A stretch of 53,503 nt of DNA, counting the filler. It is 4 parts of 4 records of this genome, joined end to end, with 100 filler letters (N's around TTAATTAATTAA, not from the genome) between each part and the next. Parts side by side here need not be neighbours in the genome. Positions count along the whole stretch, not along the records: positions 32,340 to 53,503 come from SRR20825006_3113; 3 more parts are not named here. One strand, given 5' to 3'. Below, one piece after another: positions 48,018 to 53,503 of the stretch. Numbering within the stretch: position 1 is the first letter of the stretch; each line of letters opens with the position of its first letter. The position numbers and the translations under genes were made by a program. The notes beneath the pieces were generated by a model that saw only the letters and a list, made by a program, of their open reading frames with translations, was not told the DNA's origin and ran no database searches.

Positions 48018-48380
48018 ATGAGAACTTTATTTTTAATAGCCGCGTTGGCACTGGGAACTGTATCTGTACAAGCACAAGAAACATGTGAAACTCCAAAAGT
48101 TAAAGCAGGAGATGTTCTCAAAATTGCTGAGCCGGCGCACAGCTCTTACGATCATTTTAATTTTCCAAAAAGCAATTTTATCATCAAACGCGGCGGTATT
48201 GCAAATTACCGAGCGCTTATCAATCAAGAAGTTGAAGTGACCGATGTGATTATGGAGAATGGTTGTATCGCAAAAGTTGATGTAAAGCTCGCAAACGGAA
48301 AAAAATTCTTCAATACCGTAAACACAGTAAGTGTAGATTTTAAGGAAGCGCTTGCTGCCGGAGAGCTTAGGTTGAAGTAG
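48018..48380 (+). CDS. Small secreted protein of unknown function, sigma54-driven
   Basis: Signal peptide (VQA-Q), FPKSNFIIKRGGIANY motif, two Cys. Confidence 0.75.
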   Translation: MRTLFLIAALALGTVSVQAQETCETPKVKAGDVLKIAEPAHSSYDHFNFPKSNFIIKRGGIANYRALINQEVEVTDVIMENGCIAKVDVKLANGKKFFNTVNTVSVDFKEALAAGELRLK

Positions 48381-48620
48381 TGTTTAGTTAATTAGCCATA
48401 AACTAAAACTAAAAAGAGAGAAACATATAGTCAGTTAGTTAGTGTGCGCTTGTTAAGGCAGTTTGGAATCTTCTGTTATAACGGGCGCGTTTCTCTCACT
48501 TTTTACGAGCTCTTTGCTTAAAGCTTTGTTTTGAATTAAACCACCCATTCCTGACGGCGTGTTGTAGGGATTACCTGTCTGGGAGTGGGTTTCTTTTTGA
48601 ACTAGAAGAAAAGAATACTA

Positions 48621-49175
48621 ATGCCTAAAAAGACGGTAAAACGCACGTTTAGAATTTCGAAATATATTATTTACCGAGAAACCTTTGTGGATTACAAAGA
48701 GTATTTCTGGTCATTTCTAGGGGCTTTTATGGGGATTGGGATGATTGCTTATATTCAGTCGCATTATTTGCTAGAAGTTGAAAACATATTTTTAATAGGC
48801 TCATTTGGAGCATCAAGTGTGCTAGTCTACGGGGCGATAAATAGTCCGATGGCACAGCCGCGTAACCTTTTAGGAGGTCACCTGATTTCAGCACTTATTG
48901 GTGTGAGTGTAGCCAAGTGGATTCCTGATATTGTTTGGATAGAAGCACCACTTGCAGTTGCGTTATCTATTTTAGCGATGCAATTCACAAAAACATTACA
49001 TCCTCCCGGTGGAGCCACGGCGCTCATTGCAATTATAGGAACATCCAAAATACAAGAACTGGGTTATTATTACGCGCTTTCACCAGTATTATCCGGTGCT
49101 CTCATTTTATACCTCACAGCACTCGTATTCAACAATCTTACCAAGCATAGAAGTTATCCGCTTAAAAAGCGATAG
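48621..49175 (+). CDS. HPP-family membrane protein
   Basis: SFGASSVLVYG...SPMAQPRN..GGH and TLHPPGGATAL. Confidence 0.9.
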   Translation: MPKKTVKRTFRISKYIIYRETFVDYKEYFWSFLGAFMGIGMIAYIQSHYLLEVENIFLIGSFGASSVLVYGAINSPMAQPRNLLGGHLISALIGVSVAKWIPDIVWIEAPLAVALSILAMQFTKTLHPPGGATALIAIIGTSKIQELGYYYALSPVLSGALILYLTALVFNNLTKHRSYPLKKR

Positions 49176-49214
49176 TAACTAATTAAAAGCAAATTGATTT
49201 TTGTGGTGAATTTC

Positions 49215-49255
49215 AATAAAAAACGGGCTTTACCTTGCGGTAGCCCGTTTTTATT
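49215..49255. terminator. Bidirectional intrinsic terminator
   Basis: AATAAAAAACGGGCT...AGCCCGTTTTTATT between convergent genes. Confidence 0.85.
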
Positions 49256-49294
49256 TATGCTGCTAAGGAGCTAAAACTCGGAAGTTTTGTTTAC

Positions 49295-50284
49295 TTAGAG
49301 CATATAATTTAAGTGTAAACCTAAACGGTATTTGGCTTCGACGTTTCCGGCATTGAGATCTTGATGTACCGGAAGCATAACATTCACTCCGGTTCCTAAT
49401 TTTCCGAAAGAGATCTCTGCGCCTAATCGGGCAAACATAACATTCCCTTTAGTGTCAGCCACAGGCAAGCCGTAACTTTCATTTTCGGCGTAAACTTCGC
49501 CTGCTAATCCCGCATAAGGAATGATCTTATCAATACTTAAGGTGTTATATACTTTAGAAACATTGACACCATATGTAAATTGATTACCAAAATGATAATC
49601 CGCATTATTTTCGGTTTTAAAAGTATAATTGGCCAGAACGCCTAATCCCCAAGTCTCATATCCCACCGAATAATTTGCGGCAAGAATATAATCCCAACTT
49701 CCTGTACCAACCTGAAAACTTGGATTTACACTGCCTTCATTATTGGCGCGGTCGTAAGCGCCGGTAGGCATTTTAACACCACCACCAATCTCAAGCATAT
49801 GCTTAAAGGTGGTTTGCTGATTAGCATAAAGCCCGTCCATTTTTGGCGTGATCAAGGAGTAGAAAGCAAGAACACTAAGATCACCAATCCCATCGATGCT
49901 TTGCGAGGAGCCGTCAACAAAATTACGGTTATGAAAATGATAAGGTAAAATCGCGGTTACGCTTAACTTTTCGGTCACGGGAATTTTCCCCCAAAGCTGT
50001 AGCGTATTGAAATTCTCTTCAACCCAAGGCGAGTTATTAAAAATTCCGTCGCGTGATTGATAGCGCTGATAAATGTAACGGATACCGATGAAATTTTCAT
50101 TTCCGATAGTGCCGTAGCCCATTCCGCCACCGGTGCTTCCGCAGCCGCAAAAATCACATTCTTCATAATCATATTTGTAGAATGGGTTAGGGTCAGGGTT
50201 TGCTGGTTGTTTTATTTCTTTTGCCTGAACCAAAGCACTTGTGGCTAGTAATAGGCAGCTTATAATGATATGTTTTGTTGTCAT
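49295..50284 (-). CDS. Putative outer-membrane beta-barrel ('transporter' family) with N-terminal CxxCxC
   Basis: Signal peptide, ECDFCGC, GIGD, GVKMPTG, Q.GTGSWD and amphipathic strands ending LHLNYML. Confidence 0.7.
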   Translation of the reverse strand: MTTKHIIISCLLLATSALVQAKEIKQPANPDPNPFYKYDYEECDFCGCGSTGGGMGYGTIGNENFIGIRYIYQRYQSRDGIFNNSPWVEENFNTLQLWGKIPVTEKLSVTAILPYHFHNRNFVDGSSQSIDGIGDLSVLAFYSLITPKMDGLYANQQTTFKHMLEIGGGVKMPTGAYDRANNEGSVNPSFQVGTGSWDYILAANYSVGYETWGLGVLANYTFKTENNADYHFGNQFTYGVNVSKVYNTLSIDKIIPYAGLAGEVYAENESYGLPVADTKGNVMFARLGAEISFGKLGTGVNVMLPVHQDLNAGNVEAKYRLGLHLNYML

Positions 50285-50289
50285 AGGTA

Positions 50290-51327
50290 TTAATTTAGGT
50301 GTTGAAATTGGGTGTCTGTTAAAGTGTTTAAAAATGCTAAAAGTGCCTTTTTGTCCTGAGCTGATAAGGCAATCCCCACTTGGGTTTCAGATTTTAAAAT
50401 AGGATCTAAAAATTCTGAATCTTGTACTCCAGAATTATAAAACTCAAGTACTTCTTCTAGTGTCTCAAACCTGCCGTCGTGCATATAAGGAGCCGTAATC
50501 ATCACATTGCGTAAGGTTGGCGTTTTATACGCGCCAAGATCCTCTAAATTGCGGTTTACGCGAAATCTTCCTAAAAACAGTTCGTCGTGATCAGTGTTGT
50601 CAAAACTGGCATCAAGACCATTATTGTGATACGCATTATCTGTAAATAGATCGCTCGCGTGACATTGAGCACATTTATTAAGATAAATGGTATAGCCATC
50701 TTGTTCTAAAGCGTTCAATAGTACTTCATCTTCACCTCTTACATATTGATCATAAGTACTCTCTGCAAAAACCAGCGTACGTTGATATTGTGCCAAAGCC
50801 TGCATTACTAAATTGCTGCTGATCTCTTGATTAAAAGCTTCTTTAAATAGCTGTGAGTATTGAGTGTTTTGGGTGAGTTCTTGCTCAAGAAGCATTAAAT
50901 CTTGAAACATTTCATCTTCGTGCGCCAAAGGTGCAAAAGCTTGAGATTCTAGATTCTTGGAGCCACCGTCCCAAAAAAGCCCGTTATCTGCCCATGCTAG
51001 ATTGATGAGCGCTGGAACGTGTCTCATTAATGATTTTCCTGAAATTCCTTTTGAGCTCAGTGCGATTCCATCAGAAAAGGCCAATTCCGGTATGTGACAA
51101 GTCGCACAGGATACTTGATTATTTCCGGAGAGCATGGGGTCAAAAAATAATTTTTTTCCAAGTGCTACTCCAGCAGCCGTTAGGGGATTGTCTGGTGTCG
51201 TTGGAGGTTCAGGAAAATTAGAAGGAACCCGCAGTGCGTACTGCGGGTTTTCTACATATTCTGCTTCTTGGTTAGAGCAACCCATGTAAACCAAAATCAA
51301 TAGCGCTATTAAAGCTTTATTATTCAT
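50290..51327 (-). CDS. Di-heme bCcP/MauG-superfamily lipoprotein, MbnH-like (copy 2)
   Basis: CATCH and CAQCH heme motifs, FWDG, KTPTLRN..ITAPYMHDG, LEFY. Confidence 0.88.
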   Translation of the reverse strand: MNNKALIALLILVYMGCSNQEAEYVENPQYALRVPSNFPEPPTTPDNPLTAAGVALGKKLFFDPMLSGNNQVSCATCHIPELAFSDGIALSSKGISGKSLMRHVPALINLAWADNGLFWDGGSKNLESQAFAPLAHEDEMFQDLMLLEQELTQNTQYSQLFKEAFNQEISSNLVMQALAQYQRTLVFAESTYDQYVRGEDEVLLNALEQDGYTIYLNKCAQCHASDLFTDNAYHNNGLDASFDNTDHDELFLGRFRVNRNLEDLGAYKTPTLRNVMITAPYMHDGRFETLEEVLEFYNSGVQDSEFLDPILKSETQVGIALSAQDKKALLAFLNTLTDTQFQHLN

Positions 51328-52114
51328 TAGAGTCTGACTGAAGCGTAAAAGTTGTATTCTGAAAGTTATCGGCCATTACGGTCATTGCTTCGGGTGTAGA
51401 AGCCCCGATGATCGGTGTCTCAGCAAAATCGATTCCTTCTAACATACCGGTGATTTCGGAAGCAATGGTCACAGTATTGTTTGTGCTTCCGTTTACTGAA
51501 ATCGCTTCAGAAAAAGGGATCGTTAAGGTTCTATAGCTCGAATTAAGTCCGGTTTCTAATGTGAGTTCGGTTGCATTGTTTAGCATTCCTTTTACCGAAG
51601 CAAAAATGTAGCTTGTGTGCCACATCCAAGAAATATTGGTCATACCATTGAGTTGCGATAATTCACCGGCTTGTAAGCTTAAGTTGTCGTTGTACTGAGA
51701 ATCTATTCCTATTGAGAATTGAATATCTGTATATTCTCCTGCAGGAATGCCTGAAAGAGCTATAGATTCTCTCTGAGTTGCCGGATATTCATAGGCTCCA
51801 TCCTGAATGCTGATAGCACCGGTTTCTTCTATCAAAAAATAAGATTCTGGGAGGGCAACAGCCTCTCCAGCTTCATTGATTAAAACAATATTACTCACCC
51901 AGTACCGCAATTGATTTATAGTAATACTTTCCCCATTGATAGTGTAAGTTTGATCAAGAGTAAACGGCTCACCGGCTACCTGACTGTCAAAGGTAAGATT
52001 GATAGCTCCTGGTTCTGAGGCGGTAAGATCTGTAGTTGCAATATCATCATCGTTACTGCAAGAGGTGAATAAGGTGATTAAAAGAATTAAGATTGATATA
52101 TAGTTTGTTTTCAT
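51320..52114 (-). CDS. MbnP-family lipoprotein (copy 2)
   Basis: Lipobox FTS-C, LRYWVSNI.L, IPAGEY..I.F.IGID and the WxW motif SWMWHTSYIF...G. Confidence 0.78.
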   Translation of the reverse strand: MKTNYISILILLITLFTSCSNDDDIATTDLTASEPGAINLTFDSQVAGEPFTLDQTYTINGESITINQLRYWVSNIVLINEAGEAVALPESYFLIEETGAISIQDGAYEYPATQRESIALSGIPAGEYTDIQFSIGIDSQYNDNLSLQAGELSQLNGMTNISWMWHTSYIFASVKGMLNNATELTLETGLNSSYRTLTIPFSEAISVNGSTNNTVTIASEITGMLEGIDFAETPIIGASTPEAMTVMADNFQNTTFTLQSDSNE

Positions 52115-52127
52115 TTTTATGTTTTAT

Positions 52128-53177
52128 TTAATATTCTGCAAAACGCTCGTCTTCCAGAAACTCATTATCGGTAAGGGTATTTAGAAAAGCGATCAGTGCT
52201 TCTTGCTCACCTGTGGTGAGCGCAATTCCCAAACGTTCATTTTGTTTTAAAATAGGATCTAAGGTCTCAGATTCCTGTACTCCCGAATTGTAAAAATTGA
52301 GTACCGACTGTAAACTTCCAAAGCGGCCGTCATGCATATAAGGCGCAGTAATTGCTACATTGCGCAAACTGGGAACTTTAAATTTATAATTGTCTGCTGC
52401 GCTTCCGCTTACCTCAGCACGCCCAATGTCATCAATGCCCGGATAGGGTGGGAGCCCATTATTTCTAAATGAATTGTCAGTAAACAAATCGGTTGCATGA
52501 CAGGTAGCACATTTTGACTCAAAAACAGCGAGACCTTCTTTTTCCAAGTCTGAAAATTCGCCACCTTCTTCATTGCGTACATACTTGTCATACTTGGAGT
52601 TTGAAGAGATCATTGTTACCATAAACTGAGCGAGTGCTTTTAAAAAGTTTTCATTAGAAACTTCAGCATCTTCAAAAGCCGAAGCAAACAGGCGCTGATA
52701 TTCGCTATCTGCCTGCAGCTTGCTCAGCACATTAGTCATCGTTTCTCCCATTTCTACTTCGTTAGTTATAGGAATAATAGGAAACAGGTCAAGATGTGAG
52801 GTCGCGCCATCCCAGGCAAATTCGGTTTGAAATGCCATGTTCTGAATTGCCGGAGCGTTGCGCGTTCCTTCAAGATCATCGATCCCGTGACTAAATTGGT
52901 GCCCGTGATGCGTAAAGGCAAAACGCTGCTCATGACAAAAACCGCAAGAGATAAATCCGTTAGCTGAAAGCTTTCCGTCATAAAATAACTTTTTACCCAG
53001 TTCTACTCCGTTTTTGGTAGGCGGATTCGCGCTGAGGTCATAATTGATCTCCGGAAAATTATCAGGAAGCTCTAGCGCCAAAGCTTCGTCGATTGCAATG
53101 TATTCTGCGTCATCATTGCTGCTGCACGAAGCAAAAATGCATAGCAAAGCACAGCAGCTTATAAGCAATGATTTCAT
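52128..53177 (-). CDS. Di-heme bCcP/MauG-superfamily lipoprotein, MbnH-like (copy 1)
   Basis: Lipobox FAS-C, CGFCH and CATCH, THHGH.FSHG, AWDG, FKVPSLRN..TAPYMHDG, LNFY. Confidence 0.9.
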   Translation of the reverse strand: MKSLLISCCALLCIFASCSSNDDAEYIAIDEALALELPDNFPEINYDLSANPPTKNGVELGKKLFYDGKLSANGFISCGFCHEQRFAFTHHGHQFSHGIDDLEGTRNAPAIQNMAFQTEFAWDGATSHLDLFPIIPITNEVEMGETMTNVLSKLQADSEYQRLFASAFEDAEVSNENFLKALAQFMVTMISSNSKYDKYVRNEEGGEFSDLEKEGLAVFESKCATCHATDLFTDNSFRNNGLPPYPGIDDIGRAEVSGSAADNYKFKVPSLRNVAITAPYMHDGRFGSLQSVLNFYNSGVQESETLDPILKQNERLGIALTTGEQEALIAFLNTLTDNEFLEDERFAEY

Positions 53178-53223
53178 AGTATAACTTTAATTGAAACCTG
53201 TTTGTACAGGAATCTAGTTAGAT

Positions 53224-53503
53224 CTAATGCTCGATGTTTTCGCCGTTATGAACGTGGTCTACACGAAACATTCCTGTAGCATTCACCGCAATTTGCGGAC
53301 TCTTAACTTCATCGATCATTACCACTGCTTTTTCTGAAAGAAGAATTTTAGTATTTCCGTCTAGAATTTCGTTAGCATCTACAGCAAAGTGCACGATAGG
53401 ACTTAGCGATTCACTCACCAAAGCGGTTGTAGGTAGCTCAACAGTTACTTCTTTATAATTGTCAAGGCTGCTACCGTGGCTTCCCATGTGAATTTGAAAA
53501 TTA
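53224..53503 (-). CDS. C-terminal part of an MbnP-family protein (copy 1), 5'-truncated by the window edge
   Basis: The frame is open to the edge: NFQIHMGSHG...NY...FRVDHVHN. It lies directly upstream of a di-heme enzyme. Confidence 0.65.
   Translation of the reverse strand, partial: NFQIHMGSHGSSLDNYKEVTVELPTTALVSESLSPIVHFAVDANEILDGNTKILLSEKAVVMIDEVKSPQIAVNATGMFRVDHVHNGENIEH

Noticed and set aside
50290-53177. Calling the two di-heme proteins ordinary cytochrome c peroxidases
   Set aside because: Tyr at the distal-ligand position and pairing with MbnP-like genes favour MauG/MbnH-type enzymes.
1-53503. CRISPR arrays, tRNA/rRNA genes, transposases, integrases, reverse transcriptases, phage or known defence genes
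   Set aside because: None recognised by eye in the ORFs or intergenic regions. Short RNAs could have been missed without covariance searches.

Overview
The window is not one locus. It is four unrelated contigs joined by artificial 100-bp spacers (N44-TTAATTAATTAA-N44 at 8425-8524, 20480-20579 and 32240-32339). Contig 1 (1-8424, alphaproteobacterial-like) holds a complete, compact cdiB-cdiA-cdiI contact-dependent inhibition locus, an alphaproteobacterial LexA box and a truncated HutC-like regulator. Contig 2 (8525-20479, very AT-rich, Flavobacteriaceae-like) holds a large Ig/cadherin-repeat surface protein with a TPR-kinase/NarL two-component pair, and a cassette of small VOC/SRPBCC/SnoaL/DoxX/ArsR/Crp genes. 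Contig 3 (20580-32239, GC-rich alphaproteobacterium) holds glycosyltransferases, an LCCL lipoprotein, an orphan ParA with a small RHH-like gene beside two SPOR proteins, an Hsp20 with a ROSE thermometer, and the FNR-box-controlled start of the cbb3 oxidase operon. Contig 4 (32340-53503, Flavobacteriaceae, Leeuwenhoekiella-like) holds a class Id ribonucleotide reductase with the ATP cone on NrdB and a structured leader. It also holds a putative metal-uptake operon (CxxC/RPPP leader peptide, TonB-dependent receptor, three His-rich DUF4625-type lipoproteins), a GH127/146 hydrolase, a sigma54 two-component module with readable enhancer sites, and a duplicated MbnP/MbnH-like operon. The best candidates for under-described systems are the leader-peptide-controlled metal-uptake operon, the tandem MbnP/H operon, the possibly split sigma54 sensor module, the nrdB leader RNA and the ParA-RHH-SPOR module. 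All family and taxon calls come from recognising motifs by eye; no database search or folding program was run.
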